32,000 nucleotides of DNA from Sinorhizobium meliloti (GTDB taxonomy: Bacteria; Pseudomonadota; Alphaproteobacteria; Rhizobiales; Rhizobiaceae). A program made the translations under genes and the position numbers. The stretch spans positions 3,420,001-3,452,000 of the forward strand of contig NZ_JAGIOS010000001.1 in the NCBI RefSeq assembly GCF_017876815.1. Direction: 5' to 3'. Positions within the stretch are counted from its first letter, which is position 1, and each line of letters starts with the position of its first letter. Positions 15,449 through 25,387 of the stretch are shown piece after piece. The notes below the pieces were generated by a model. It did no database searches. It was not told the DNA's origin and saw nothing but the letters and a program-made list of their open reading frames with translations.

Positions 15449-16783
15449 TCACGCTGCAGCCAACTGCGGCCACGCGAAGGCGATGCCTTCCAGGAACTCC
15501 TGCCGCCGCTTCATCTCAGCGCCGTCGCCATATTTCGGGCGGCCGAACTCGTGCCCCATCAGGTCCGCCTGCATGCGATCGGAGCAGCCGGCATTCTCAA
15601 TCCGATCCTGGAAGCTATGCCGCAGCGAATAGATCGTGTGATCTTCGGTGGGCATCAGGCCGTTGTTGCGCATCACTTTGTTGATCAGCGCAGACGCCGA
15701 GTCGGATTTGTCGTGGTACTTGCCGAAGCCCTGCGGCCGCTGGCGCATCGCCCATAGCGAAACGCCGACCAGCGGCACGCGTCGGATCGAGTGATCGGTC
15801 TTTTGCCGCCGGTCGGTGCGCTCGGCAATTTCGATGTGCGGCACCTCGTCGATCAGGCGAATATCCTGAGGTCGAAGATTGCAGATCTCGCCCAGCCGCG
15901 CGCCCGTCTCCACCATCGCATAGACGATCAGGCGGGCCTCCTCGTCGAGCATCTCCATCGCGCCTGGCGCAAGAATCTTCTCGCGAATCCAGTCGACGGG
16001 GAAGGGTGGTCGCGTTCCGCCTTTCGTGGCGTTCGTCTCTCTGATTCGCGCCTTCTCCCATGCCGCGTGATAGTTCGTATGCAGGGCATTGTCGATGGGC
16101 GTGAGCATGCCCATGATGTCGCTGAAGGAACGGTTCGCGCTGTCGGCGGCAAGCCGCTCGCTGATCACCTTGTTGGTCCACCACTCGCGAAACTGCAAAA
16201 CGTCCTTGCGGGTGATCGCCGGCAGCTCCAGATCGCCCATCACGTCGATCGCGTAGCGGATCGCTCGCTCGCGCGACACCTTGTGCTTCCGAAGCTGATT
16301 CTTCGACATGCCGGTGAGACCGGCCGCATTGTGTTTCTCGTAGAGGGACCAGATGTTGCTGAGGCGCGGAGCCGGCTCCTCGACCGTGCCGGCAAGCGAG
16401 TCGACGATGATCTGCGATCGGTCCATGTTTTCCCCGATCACGGTCAGCCGCCGTTCCAGCTCGTCGAGCGGCAGGGCGGCGACTTCGGCAATCGGCCTGT
16501 AAGTGAAGCCCATGGACTGAGCGAGCTTCACGGCCCACTCGTATCTGGCGAATGCCGCTTCATTGTCATTTCCGGCCAGGAGCGCTCGCCAGAAGCTCTC
16601 TGCGGCGTCATGGACCGCCTGAGCCTTCTCCAGTGCCTCTTTGAGGCTCTTGGTCTTGAGGGACTGCTTAACGTGCGTTCTCTTGTCGAGATGAGCAATT
16701 TCGGTCGGGACGCGGCGATAATAGCGATAGATGCCGCTTGCGGGGTGTTTCACCACATACCGCGAAATATCTTCGGATCCCAT
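15449..16783 (-). CDS. int: tyrosine recombinase / phage-type integrase next to tRNA-Asn
   Basis: ETGARLGE (Arg), HSLRHSF (H-x-x-R), DLMGHE, GRPKYGDG (Tyr). N-terminal YRYYRRVP arm-type region. Start taken at ATG 16783 (GGGGA RBS); the ORF is open to a TTG at 16825. Confidence 0.9.
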   Translation of the reverse strand: MGSEDISRYVVKHPASGIYRYYRRVPTEIAHLDKRTHVKQSLKTKSLKEALEKAQAVHDAAESFWRALLAGNDNEAAFARYEWAVKLAQSMGFTYRPIAEVAALPLDELERRLTVIGENMDRSQIIVDSLAGTVEEPAPRLSNIWSLYEKHNAAGLTGMSKNQLRKHKVSRERAIRYAIDVMGDLELPAITRKDVLQFREWWTNKVISERLAADSANRSFSDIMGMLTPIDNALHTNYHAAWEKARIRETNATKGGTRPPFPVDWIREKILAPGAMEMLDEEARLIVYAMVETGARLGEICNLRPQDIRLIDEVPHIEIAERTDRRQKTDHSIRRVPLVGVSLWAMRQRPQGFGKYHDKSDSASALINKVMRNNGLMPTEDHTIYSLRHSFQDRIENAGCSDRMQADLMGHEFGRPKYGDGAEMKRRQEFLEGIAFAWPQLAAA

Positions 16784-16950
16784 GAATTCCCCGTTTGTCG
16801 CCTCTGTGGTCCGAAACGTAGCCAAAATGTAACCAAAAAAGCAAGCCCACGTCGAACCATAAGGGGCGACGCGCGTTTACGGATACAGGTAAAGCATTGA
16901 AAAGGCTCAAAGAAAAAGCCCCGCACCGTGAGGTGCAGGGCTTTGGAAAC

Positions 16951-17025
16951 TGGCTCCCCGGGCCGGATTCGAACCGGCGACCTATCGATTAACAGTCGAG
17001 TGCTCTACCGCTGAGCTACCAGGGA
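16951..17025 (-). tRNA. tRNA-Asn (GTT)
   Basis: Cloverleaf read by eye: acceptor tccctgg/ccgggga, D arm agctcagcggtagagc, anticodon loop ctGTTaa, T arm ccggttcgaatccgg, encoded CCA. Confidence 0.9.
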
Positions 17026-17167
17026 TCATCTGCGCCGCAGAAGTGAGGCTGCTAATACAAATGCTTTTCCGATTTGCCAAGCGGTTTTTCAAAAAAAATG
17101 ACGGTAGGCGGTTGCCGCCCTGTGGAGAAGGCACCAACTGTGGGGTCATTGGTACGAAAGAAGAGTG

Positions 17168-17461
17168 ATGGCGACCGAAGGCAAGAAGAAGCATTTTGGC
17201 ATCGATCCCAAGACGCGTGAGATCGTGCTTGGCAAATGGCGGATGAGCCTGCCCAATTCGCCGGCATTGCGCGTCCTCATCGGCGTTCTGCTCGTCTTCG
17301 GCGGTATGCTCGGTTTTCTACCGATCTTGGGCTTCTGGATGGTTCCTCTGGGCCTGCTCGTGCTTTCGCACGACATTCCCTCGATGCGCCGACGGCGGCG
17401 CAAGCTGGCCGTATGGTGGGCCCGATGGCGCAGCAAGCCGAACTCGTCCGGCAAGTCCTGA
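17168..17461 (+). CDS. small two-TM membrane protein (PGPGW-like), hypothetical
   Basis: LRVLIGVLLVFGGMLGFLPILGFWMVPLGLLVLSHDIP followed by a basic tail RRRRRKLAVWWARWR. ATG at 17168. Confidence 0.55.
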   Translation: MATEGKKKHFGIDPKTREIVLGKWRMSLPNSPALRVLIGVLLVFGGMLGFLPILGFWMVPLGLLVLSHDIPSMRRRRRKLAVWWARWRSKPNSSGKS

Positions 17462-17508
17462 GAGGTGGACCTCGCGAAGAGTCCACCAGCATGCGGATGC
17501 AGCGCATG

Positions 17509-17856
17509 TCAGTCGTCGGAATTGCCCGGCTTTCGGCGTCGTTTGGGCAGGAGGGCCACAATGACGCAGGCGAGGACCAAAGCGACCGGCCAGAAGTCGG
17601 TCGCCTGATCCCAACTCCACCTCCACATTTCATAACCCTCTAGGTGAGGCGGCGGCAGCTTTGCGCTGATCTCGAAATCACGTTTTTCGCGGCCGTGAAA
17701 GTGTCCGATGGCGAAGGCGAGGCCGATGATCAGCGCCAACCTTCTCGGCGCAATCACCATGAACAGCAGGGCGACGACTGCTGCAATAAAGACGCCCTCG
17801 ACCACATGCCCGAGCCAATCGAAGTGGCGCTGAATGTAGCCCCAAGGAATATCCAT
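17509..17856 (-). CDS. small integral membrane protein, hypothetical
   Basis: Three hydrophobic segments from MDIPWGY onward. The 60 upstream codons of the ORF are Arg/Gly-rich and look non-coding. Weak RBS, so the start is uncertain. Confidence 0.45.
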   Translation of the reverse strand: MDIPWGYIQRHFDWLGHVVEGVFIAAVVALLFMVIAPRRLALIIGLAFAIGHFHGREKRDFEISAKLPPPHLEGYEMWRWSWDQATDFWPVALVLACVIVALLPKRRRKPGNSDD

Positions 17857-18256
17857 CACATCGCGCTTCGAGTGCCGCCCTCCCGATGAGGCCGGCCGAC
17901 GGGACGCTATAGCACAACCGCCGATCACGAGACCACATGATCCTCCGGGTTTCTCTCTTCGTGGACGTCGTCCGGAGCGTGGGCAACCTCTTCCGTCTTC
18001 CAGAATCCGGACGCGGGCCTTCACCGGAAAGTACAACCTGTAGTTAATCCGAAGTGGTCAATGGACAGGAACATCGCGTTCGGCAACATTAGAGCACTTT
18101 CAGGAAAAGTGTGGACGGATTTCCGTGCGGAAGGGCGTATTTTCAAAGCGTTAGCCCGCTCGTCACTCCGACGAGGCCGGACGAGGTCGACGCCCCCAAG
18201 GCCGTCCGGGTCCCCAAGACGAGCATCACCTGCTTTGCAGCACTGTGGAGAGAAAA

Positions 18257-19336
18257 ATGGCGCATCTGATCGGTGGCATCGCCCCTTGGCTCGGGCTCGA
18301 CAACCACATCTTCGGCACGAACGATCCGGACATTGTCTTCGGAGACCCATTCACGACCGACAATAGCCTGGGAGTCTTCGAAATCGGCGGCTTCCTGTCT
18401 TCGGGGCAGGGTGGCCGCGACAGCCTTGACGGGCACGGAGGCGACGACACGCTCTTCGGCGACGCTTGGGCGATCTCCGATCAGGGGCGTGGTGGCGACG
18501 ACCAGCTCGACGGCGGCGCCGGCGACGACACGCTGTACGGCGATGCCTTCTCGATCGATGTGAGTGACTCCGCGATCGTCGCCGGAGGGAACGATCGTCT
18601 CTCGGGCGGCAAAGGCAACGATACACTCTACGGCGATGGCTACAATTGCCTCAGAGGACGTGGTGGCGACGACTGGCTCGACGGCGGCGCCGGAGACGAT
18701 ATTCTCTCGGGCGACGCTTTCTCCCTCGGCGATTTTTTCGTTGGCGGGAACGATCGGCTCCAGGGCGGAGAGGGCCATGACAAACTCTACGGAGATGGCC
18801 TCGACCAGGGCGTCGTGGAATCCGGCATCGGCGGCGACGACCACCTCTATGGTGGTTCTGGCAACGACTTTCTTGTTGGAGATGTTCTTTTCTCACGTGG
18901 CGGCAGTGGCGGCAACGACCTGCTCGACGGAGGCAAAGGCGATGATGTCCTGTATGGCGATGCAGAGGTCGGCGTGGACACCGCGGGTGGGGACGACCTC
19001 TTGATTGGCGGCGCCGGTAACGATCAGCTCTGGGGCGATGGCCGACTTACCGCAGCCTTCGCGGTCGAGACCGGTGCCGATCAGTTCCTGTTTGCGCGGA
19101 ACAGTGGGCGGGATGAGATCTTCGACTTCGAATTGGACAAGGACATCATCCAAATCGCCGGCTATGGCTACGACGACTTCGCCGATTTTCTGTCCAACAT
19201 CGGCGACGATGCTGACGGGAACGCTGTCCTGCAGCTGAATGGCACGGTCGATCAGGTCACTCTGATCGGCATCCACGCTGCCGACCTCAGCGCTGCCAAC
19301 TTCGTCTTTGCGAATGCGGATTTCGCCCTCGTCTGA
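18257..19336 (+). CDS. RTX-type calcium-binding repeat protein (probable T1SS substrate)
   Basis: About 13 GGxGxDxL(x)G(D/G) nonapeptide repeats (GGAGDDTLYGD, GGKGNDTLYGD, GGSGNDFLVGD ...). Acidic, Cys-poor C-terminus. GGAGA RBS before ATG 18257. Confidence 0.85.
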   Translation: MAHLIGGIAPWLGLDNHIFGTNDPDIVFGDPFTTDNSLGVFEIGGFLSSGQGGRDSLDGHGGDDTLFGDAWAISDQGRGGDDQLDGGAGDDTLYGDAFSIDVSDSAIVAGGNDRLSGGKGNDTLYGDGYNCLRGRGGDDWLDGGAGDDILSGDAFSLGDFFVGGNDRLQGGEGHDKLYGDGLDQGVVESGIGGDDHLYGGSGNDFLVGDVLFSRGGSGGNDLLDGGKGDDVLYGDAEVGVDTAGGDDLLIGGAGNDQLWGDGRLTAAFAVETGADQFLFARNSGRDEIFDFELDKDIIQIAGYGYDDFADFLSNIGDDADGNAVLQLNGTVDQVTLIGIHAADLSAANFVFANADFALV

Positions 19337-19380
19337 CGAGGGGAAGTTTGTCGGTAACAAAGCTGATCAGGTGTGGCTTT

Positions 19381-19454
19381 TGGAGGCCTCGGCCGGAATT
19401 GAACCGGCGTACAAGGATTTGCAGTCCTCTGCGTCACCACTCCGCCACGAGGCC
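19381..19454 (-). tRNA. tRNA-Cys (GCA)
   Basis: Acceptor ggcctcg/cgaggcc, anticodon loop ctGCAaa, T arm ccggttcaattccgg, CCA. Confidence 0.9.
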
Positions 19455-19674
19455 TCTACGATTTGCGTTTTCAAATCGTGGCGCGGATTTAGAATGATTG
19501 ACCGCAATCCGCAAGAGGGTACATTTGGAATAGGGACTTTTTTATTCTGTATAAATGTGTCTTCCGTTCTATGACCGGGCGTGGTCATAGCGTCCCAAGG
19601 CGCAATACTCCCACGTCAGCGCTTTGAAATTGCGTACTTTCGTAGGAAGCGGCTGCGCACCTGGTCAGGAAGCT

Positions 19675-20391
19675 CTAATGATAGCGCCGGATGAGGCCGA
19701 CGAGCCTGCCTTGGATCTTGACCCGGTCCGGACCGAATATGCGTGTTTCGTAAGCCGGATTGGCGGCCTCCAGCGCAATAGAGGCGCCCTTGCGACGGAA
19801 TCGCTTCAGGGTCGCTTCCTCGTCGTCGATCAGCGCGACGACGATATCCCCGGGGCTGGCGGTGCTTCCGTTCCGGATGATCACCGTATCGCCATCGAGG
19901 ATGCCGGCCTCGATCATCGAATCGCCCTTGATCTCGAGAGCGTAGTGCTCGCCGCTGCCGATCATTTCAACCGGTACGGATATATCGTGCATATTGTTCT
20001 GGATTGCCGAAATCGGCACACCGGCGGCAATGCGGCCCATGACCGGAACGGCGACCGATGCGGCCTCGGCCGGCGGCGCCGGTTTCGGTGCGGGGGGCGG
20101 CGCAGCAGGCTTGCCCAGACTGCCTTCGATCACGCTCGGCGAAAAGCCGCGGCGGACCTGCGAAGCGCCTGCATATGCCTCCGGCAGCTTGATGACTTCG
20201 AGGGCCCGGGCGCGATTAGGTAGCCGGCGAATGAACCCACGCTCTTCGAGTGCGGTGATCAAACGGTGGATGCCCGATTTGGACGCAAGGTCCAAGGCGT
20301 CCTTCATCTCGTCGAAGGACGGCGGGACCCCGGATTCCTTCATTCGTTCGTGAATGAACAGAAGCAATTCCTGTTGCTTGCGGGTCAGCAT
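19675..20391 (-). CDS. lexA: LexA repressor
   Basis: [29 protein letters not shown] (wHTH), cleavage region RIAAGVP, KGDSM (Ser) and ATLKRF (Lys), with the long Ala/Pro linker typical of Rhizobiales LexA. Confidence 0.95.
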   Translation of the reverse strand: MLTRKQQELLLFIHERMKESGVPPSFDEMKDALDLASKSGIHRLITALEERGFIRRLPNRARALEVIKLPEAYAGASQVRRGFSPSVIEGSLGKPAAPPPAPKPAPPAEAASVAVPVMGRIAAGVPISAIQNNMHDISVPVEMIGSGEHYALEIKGDSMIEAGILDGDTVIIRNGSTASPGDIVVALIDDEEATLKRFRRKGASIALEAANPAYETRIFGPDRVKIQGRLVGLIRRYH

Positions 20392-20437
20392 GGCGTCACT
20401 CCAGAATCGCGAAACAAATCAAGAACAGAACCTATCT

Positions 20438-20452
20438 GTTCCATATGTGTTC
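20438..20452. promoter_or_regulatory. alphaproteobacterial SOS box GTTC-N7-GTTC (GAAC-N7-GAAC on the lexA strand)
   Basis: gttc-catatgt-gttc, 47-61 nt upstream of the lexA ATG. An imperfect second copy, aaac-aaatcaa-gaac, lies at 20412-20426. Confidence 0.7.
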
Positions 20453-20615
20453 CGCAAGTGCCTAAAATTCCGTGAATTTCGCTTGCTGTTGAATGCCGAT
20501 CCGCCCCGCGATCCGGCGTGTCGATGGCGATCGCTCGGAATTCGGGGCAGGGGCCGATACGCTCTCGCATGTTTTGGGCTTACGGCGGGCGGCGCAGTCG
20601 GTCGCCTATGCAATG

Positions 20616-20780
20616 CTAATAGGCAAGGCGCAGTCCGCCCGGCGTAAGAACGTCGAATTCAGGCTCGGGATAAGGCCCGTACCACTGGGTGTAGGTCGTG
20701 TTGGTCGAGCCTGTGCTGGCGCACCCCGAAAGGGCGAAGAGGGAAAAAATTACGGCTGCCAACAAAGATTTAACAGGCAT
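20616..20780 (-). CDS. small lipoprotein (54 aa), hypothetical
   Basis: GGAG RBS. MPVKSLLAAVIFSLFALSG|CAS lipobox. The longer ORF 20616-21062 runs through tRNA-Ala, so it cannot be the real gene. Confidence 0.5.
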   Translation of the reverse strand: MPVKSLLAAVIFSLFALSGCASTGSTNTTYTQWYGPYPEPEFDVLTPGGLRLAY

Positions 20781-20889
20781 GTTTTTCTCCACTCGCGGGA
20801 GTTGCCCAGACCTCGAACGGGTCAGACTAAAACTTTCTCTCAAATCAGCTTTTTTGGCAAGCAGCGAGCCGGCAGGGAGGACTGGTGGA

Positions 20890-20965
20890 TGGTGGAGCCG
20901 AAGGGAGTCGAACCCTCGACCTCCGCAGTGCGATTGCGGCGCTCTCCCAACTGAGCTACGACCCC
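20890..20965 (-). tRNA. tRNA-Ala (CGC)
   Basis: Acceptor ggggtcg/cggctcc with a G3:U70 pair, anticodon arm ccgca-atCGCac-tgcgg, T arm gagggttcgactccctt, CCA. Confidence 0.9.
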
Positions 20966-21146
20966 ACTGGTCAACGATTGTATAAGAGTTTTCGGCCGAC
21001 CGCGCCAGTGCATTCCACTTGCCGAATGCATCGCAATACAGAGATGAGGCTGACGACTGCAAGCCGCGTCGGTGCCCGCCGGCCGGCAGATAGGGCGGAG
21101 TGCAAGGTCACGAACACACAACGCCGCTATCGGCTTTCAGCACTGG

Positions 21147-22691
21147 CTATTGAGCCACCTCGATCGCGGGCGGCTGCCAAGAGCCATCGAGAATTGCCTC
21201 TTTGCCCCAATAGGCGCGGATGTAGAGCGAGAACTTCCCGTCCGGCGCGGGCAGCCAGTTGTTTTCCTTGTCGCCCCCGGGCGACTTCGCGCCTGCGTAG
21301 AGGGTAAGCGAACCGTCGGAGTTGCGCTTTAGGTTCTTGTTCTTGGTGCCGAGTGAGTAGCGTTTGAGGTCGTTCGCGTGGAAGAGATGCTTGTCGTTGT
21401 ACAGGGTCAATGACCAGAACCCGTTGACCGGCGGCTCCTGCCCGGCTGGGAAGGTGATCGCATAGCTGCCGCTGCCGCTGCCGCTGAGTTCTCCGCCCGC
21501 GCCGTCGTGGTCGGTGTAGAAATATTGCGTCTCGTTCGGCCGGTTGTCGAACATGTTCGATTTTGCCGTTCCGGTCCGGTTGAAATAGTCGACGCCGAAC
21601 TGCGCATTGTTGGTAGAACGGTTCCATCCGTTCCCGGCCGGACGTCCGTTGTGCTTCCACTGGAAGAACGGCTGGATGACCTTGTCTTCGGTCTCGACCG
21701 CGGTCGCAACCAGCACCTTTTTCAGTTCGGGGTCCTTGGACGCTGCATCGAGCAGCAGGCGGAATTGGCCATAGAGAGCCTCCTCGCCCGGCAACGGATC
21801 GACAGTGTCGAGAACCTCGCCGAACTGATCGAAGAACTTATCCGGGACCACCCATTTGGTTTCCTCGCCAGACGATGCCGGTCCGGGAATGTCCGGGACC
21901 TTTGCCCATTCGATCGTCTTCATCTCTCCGTCGAAATCCTTCAGCGGATAAGCGACGACCTGGTTGATGACCTCTTGAATCGCTTTCCTGTCCTCGGGCG
22001 TGTCGTCCTGGAAGACCCTGGGAATGGCGTTGGCGAGCGAGGTAGGGCAGCGCAAAACATCTGTGGTCCCGTCCGGTTTCAGGCCGCTCCACCTCGGACC
22101 GGCGAGCAGGTAGAATCCGGGCTTCGAGCCATATGGTTTGCCTAGATGACCGAACTGGTCGGTGCGTGCGTCGTACAAAGCATAGACCCAGAAACGGTCG
22201 CCGAAATCTGGCACCTGAATCACGACCGGCTCTTCATCAAGCGCGAAGAAGCCCAAGCCGTAGACGACATCCTGGTTCGGGCACGTGACAAAAGTTTCCG
22301 ACGGCTCAATGTAGTCGTTGAGCATCGCGATCTGGCCCCGCGGTGCGGCGGGCAGGACGCCGTTGAGGTGGCCCGGTTCCGGTGCCTGAGTGATCGCCGC
22401 CCTGCGGTTGATCATGTTAACCATCGGCCAGCCCCAGACGTAGGCCATCTGCGCAACCGTTCTTGCATAGTCGGGAGACATCACGATACCCGTGGCGGGT
22501 TGCGTAACAGTTGCGGATGCGGCGTGCTGCTGTGCCTGCGCCGCATTGGCCGTGACGGCGACCGAGGCCGCCGTCACGGCGGCGGGAACCGCCGCTCCGG
22601 CGCTCACCGCTGCCAGCGATGCCGCACCCATGCCGCCCTTCATCAAGTCGCGCCGGGTGATGTCGAGTTGATCATTGAAACTCGTTTTCAT
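21147..22691 (-). CDS. DUF1254/DUF1214 two-domain exported protein with Tat-type signal
   Basis: Start at ATG 22691 (GAGGA RBS). [19 protein letters not shown] twin-arginine motif. DUF1254 hallmark [11 protein letters not shown]. Length and C-terminal half resemble the neighbouring paralogue. Confidence 0.8.
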   Translation of the reverse strand: MKTSFNDQLDITRRDLMKGGMGAASLAAVSAGAAVPAAVTAASVAVTANAAQAQQHAASATVTQPATGIVMSPDYARTVAQMAYVWGWPMVNMINRRAAITQAPEPGHLNGVLPAAPRGQIAMLNDYIEPSETFVTCPNQDVVYGLGFFALDEEPVVIQVPDFGDRFWVYALYDARTDQFGHLGKPYGSKPGFYLLAGPRWSGLKPDGTTDVLRCPTSLANAIPRVFQDDTPEDRKAIQEVINQVVAYPLKDFDGEMKTIEWAKVPDIPGPASSGEETKWVVPDKFFDQFGEVLDTVDPLPGEEALYGQFRLLLDAASKDPELKKVLVATAVETEDKVIQPFFQWKHNGRPAGNGWNRSTNNAQFGVDYFNRTGTAKSNMFDNRPNETQYFYTDHDGAGGELSGSGSGSYAITFPAGQEPPVNGFWSLTLYNDKHLFHANDLKRYSLGTKNKNLKRNSDGSLTLYAGAKSPGGDKENNWLPAPDGKFSLYIRAYWGKEAILDGSWQPPAIEVAQ

Positions 22692-22766
22692 AGCATATTC
22701 CTCTGTTGAATCGCTCCGGTTGGGCACTTGGACATAGGCGCGTTTCGTTGGGGACGCGCCCCGACC

Positions 22767-24254
22767 TCACTTCACCATGACCACATCATCCGGCTTCCAG
22801 GTCTGATCGAAGAACTCGACGCCGGTTCCGTAGAGACGCAGCGCTATCAGGAAATTCCGGCCGCCGACGGTCTGGATCCAGTTCGAGTCCTGCGCGTCGG
22901 CAGGTTTTTCCGGTCCGAACCACAGGTCCACCGAGCCGTCCTGGTTCGTCGCGACCTTGTTGAAGCCGTTGATGGACGGCATCAGCTGCGGCGCTTCCAC
23001 CATCGTGCCGTCGGTGATGTTGTAGGCGGTAACCGCCCAGAACAGGGCAGCCGGCGGATTGGGTGGCAAATGCAGCCTGTAGGTGCTGGAGCCGCTGAGG
23101 AACTCGCCCGCGGCATCTCGGTATGCAACCGGGTATTTGGAACCTGCCCCCAGCGTCCGCATGACCATTGCCGGAGCCGATGAATAGGCAACCTGGAAAT
23201 AGCCAGCCCGCTGGTCGACATCGAGATAACTGTCCTGGAGCCATTCGGATGTGCCGCTGGCCCAGACATTTTCATACTGCCTGTCGGTGTAGTAGCGATT
23301 GCGTCCGTCCGGTCGGCCGAGCTGGCGCTGCGCCAAGATCATCTTGGGCGCTGTCTCGACCGCCTTTTTCAAGAGTTCCTGCTGCTTCCCGGTCGGCTCG
23401 AAGGGCTGGCCCTTGATGATGCCGATCGATGCCAGCACACCGCGCAGTTCGGAATCGATCGCCGAGACCGGCTCGTGGTCGACGAACTCCTTCAACTTGG
23501 TCCAGTAGGCGTTATCGACCGGATACATCATGTTGATGCGCTTGCCGCTGCCGTTAGGAAACTGCATCGGCTTGACGTCTTTCTCGGGCGTCCAAAGCGG
23601 ATAGACGCGCGTCTGCTCCGCGAGCGCCACGGCGGGCTTGGGGTCCGGTCCGTTTTCGCCCTTCGCCATGATCGTCCGGAAGAACAGAAAGACATTGTAG
23701 GTCTTCGCTTTGAGCGCGAAGTAGCCCTGCGGAACCTCGCCGTCATAATCAGGCGGCAGCAGGAGGTAGAGGCCGCCGCGCGCGCGATCCGGTCCAATCA
23801 GTCCGACATCCGTGATCGTACGCTGGAAGAAATCGGTAAACATGCCGATGACGTTGGGTGGCGCGGCGACGACGAGCGGGCCGGTTTCCTTCAGGTCGAG
23901 ATAGCTCATCGAGTAGATTACGTCGGCGTTCGGTGTCGGCACCCACGTGCGCGAGTCCATCCGGTCCTTCCAGATTGGCAGGATGTTGTAGCCTTTACCG
24001 AATGTCGCCTCCGAACCGTCGCGCATACCGATCACGTTCAGCGCCGGAAGCATGGTTATGTAGGCATGGATCGCGCGTTGATAGTAGAGTTCGTCGCGCA
24101 GCGACTCCGCTTCCTCCTGCGGAAGCCAGTTGCCGTTGCCGATCTGCGTCACAAGCGGTGGTGCGGCCTGATCCTGCGCATTGACAGAGGAGGTGACGAC
24201 CGTCGCCGAACAAAGCATTGCAGCGACGATCAAGTTCGCACGTTTTCTGGTCAT
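22767..24254 (-). CDS. DUF1254/DUF1214 two-domain exported protein with Sec-type signal
   Basis: Start at ATG 24254. MTRKRANLIVAAMLCSATVVTSSVNAQ. Collinear with the upstream paralogue (e.g. ...RLYGT / ...IRAYWG, W(K/Q)PP near the C-terminus). Confidence 0.8.
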   Translation of the reverse strand: MTRKRANLIVAAMLCSATVVTSSVNAQDQAAPPLVTQIGNGNWLPQEEAESLRDELYYQRAIHAYITMLPALNVIGMRDGSEATFGKGYNILPIWKDRMDSRTWVPTPNADVIYSMSYLDLKETGPLVVAAPPNVIGMFTDFFQRTITDVGLIGPDRARGGLYLLLPPDYDGEVPQGYFALKAKTYNVFLFFRTIMAKGENGPDPKPAVALAEQTRVYPLWTPEKDVKPMQFPNGSGKRINMMYPVDNAYWTKLKEFVDHEPVSAIDSELRGVLASIGIIKGQPFEPTGKQQELLKKAVETAPKMILAQRQLGRPDGRNRYYTDRQYENVWASGTSEWLQDSYLDVDQRAGYFQVAYSSAPAMVMRTLGAGSKYPVAYRDAAGEFLSGSSTYRLHLPPNPPAALFWAVTAYNITDGTMVEAPQLMPSINGFNKVATNQDGSVDLWFGPEKPADAQDSNWIQTVGGRNFLIALRLYGTGVEFFDQTWKPDDVVMVK

Positions 24255-24723
24255 GATTTCAACCTCGGTCGACTTCGGAAGACGCCACTGGGACGGATCA
24301 ACCAAAGACTAGTACGAGCGCGAACCGTCTGGCAGTTGGACCATGGGGCAATGCGGCAGCTGGTTCGCATAGCGCGAGGGCGGGTAGCCGCCGAGAAATC
24401 CGCTTCCGTAGACGCCAGTCGCTTGTGATTGCCGCGCGGAAGACATGGGGGGCGGTGTAAAGTTGATCGACTCCGCCACTGCATAGCGGCACCCCCATTC
24501 GGGGATTTTTTGTCTGAGCCGAAAACTCCAATGTGCGAATTCAAGTGCGTGGATGCAAACAGCAACTGCGGAATGACGTCGCCCAGCTTCAGCGCCCGAC
24601 GGCGGGCAATGCTGAGGTGTTTGCAGGCATAGCGAACATTGAAGGCGGATAGGGCGGAGCTTTTGAACGACAGTCCGGCACGCCCGCCAACAATGCCACG
24701 TCGGCGAGTGAGCGTCACATTGA

Positions 24724-24813
24724 TGGCGGACAGGGTGGGATTCGAACCCACGGTACGGTTTCCCGTACGCTGGTTTTCAAGACCAGAGCCTTAAACCACT
24801 CGGCCACCTGTCC
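24724..24813 (-). tRNA. tRNA-Ser (TGA)
   Basis: 90 nt with a long variable arm (gcgtacgggaaaccgtaccgt). Anticodon arm ctggt-ctTGAaa-accag, T arm tgggttcgaatccca, CCA. Confidence 0.9.
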
Positions 24814-25066
24814 ATGCCGGTGCCATACGCGATTCTTCGCGGCTGACATTTTTGGTTTTTGCGCACGCCAAAATGCTGTGAGATTCGTGAAATTCGTTTC
24901 CGAGTTCTCGATAGACCGGCGATCGCTACCGGGCTTGCTGCCCATTCACCAACGGCTGGCTTTTTAGCAGCTTTGATCGCAGCGTCAACTTGCTCCGGAG
25001 CATTTGCGTGCATTCCAGGCGTGCCGCGCCGGCAGAGAATCGGGTGCTGTCGTGGATCCCTGATGA

Positions 25067-25327
25067 TCATTGTATGCGACGGTTGAGAATTATCCTGAGG
25101 CGGGGGCTGGTCCGGTCGCGGCCGGATTGTTCATCCAGTCGTTCCTCCGGCGCAAATGGCGGCCAGTCGAAGTCTTCGTCAAGCGCGTCTCTGGCCTGCA
25201 GTCCATCGAGGCGATGGAGCAGGGCGATGATCATCTCGCGGTCGCTGATGCCGCTGCCGGGCGCCAAATAGGCGAACAGGTCCCTGCGACAATCCTCTAT
25301 GAGCATTCTCATCTTCTCGGTGTTCAT
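25067..25327 (-). CDS. hypothetical small protein (86 aa)
   Basis: GGAAGGA RBS before ATG 25327. Acidic, helical-looking sequence. No family recognised. Confidence 0.4.
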   Translation of the reverse strand: MNTEKMRMLIEDCRRDLFAYLAPGSGISDREMIIALLHRLDGLQARDALDEDFDWPPFAPEERLDEQSGRDRTSPRLRIILNRRIQ

Positions 25328-25387
25328 GAGCGTCCTTCCGAGGGTGCACTTGGCCGCATACGCCCATGACACGGTTGTGGGCCATCG

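Noticed and set aside
15615-16900. ORFs 15615-16538 (-) and 15791-16900 (+)
   Set aside because: Alternative frames or strands of the integrase gene, with Arg-rich low-complexity products.
17464-17487. 7-bp hairpin ggtggac/gtccacc between convergent genes, considered as a terminator
   Set aside because: No U-run on either strand and a 10-nt loop, so it is too weak to annotate.
18143-19360. Minus-strand ORFs 18143-18844 and 18893-19360 and other frames across the RTX gene
   Set aside because: They are by-products of the repetitive GGxGxD coding sequence. Only the + frame gives canonical nonapeptide repeats.
20493-21062. ORFs 20493-20954 (+) and the full-length 20616-21062 (-)
   Set aside because: Both read straight through tRNA-Ala. 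Only the 3' 54 codons of the minus ORF (lipobox, RBS) were kept.
21507-24428. + strand ORFs 21507-22145, 22146-22709, 22728-23183 and 23475-24428
   Set aside because: Antisense shadows of the two DUF1254/DUF1214 genes.
24251-24751. 166-aa minus ORF and neighbouring frames between the DUF1254 gene and tRNA-Ser, considered as a degraded regulator gene
   Set aside because: It overlaps tRNA-Ser, no frame gives a continuous recognisable domain, and no RBS or start is supported. It may be gene debris, but I cannot support a call.
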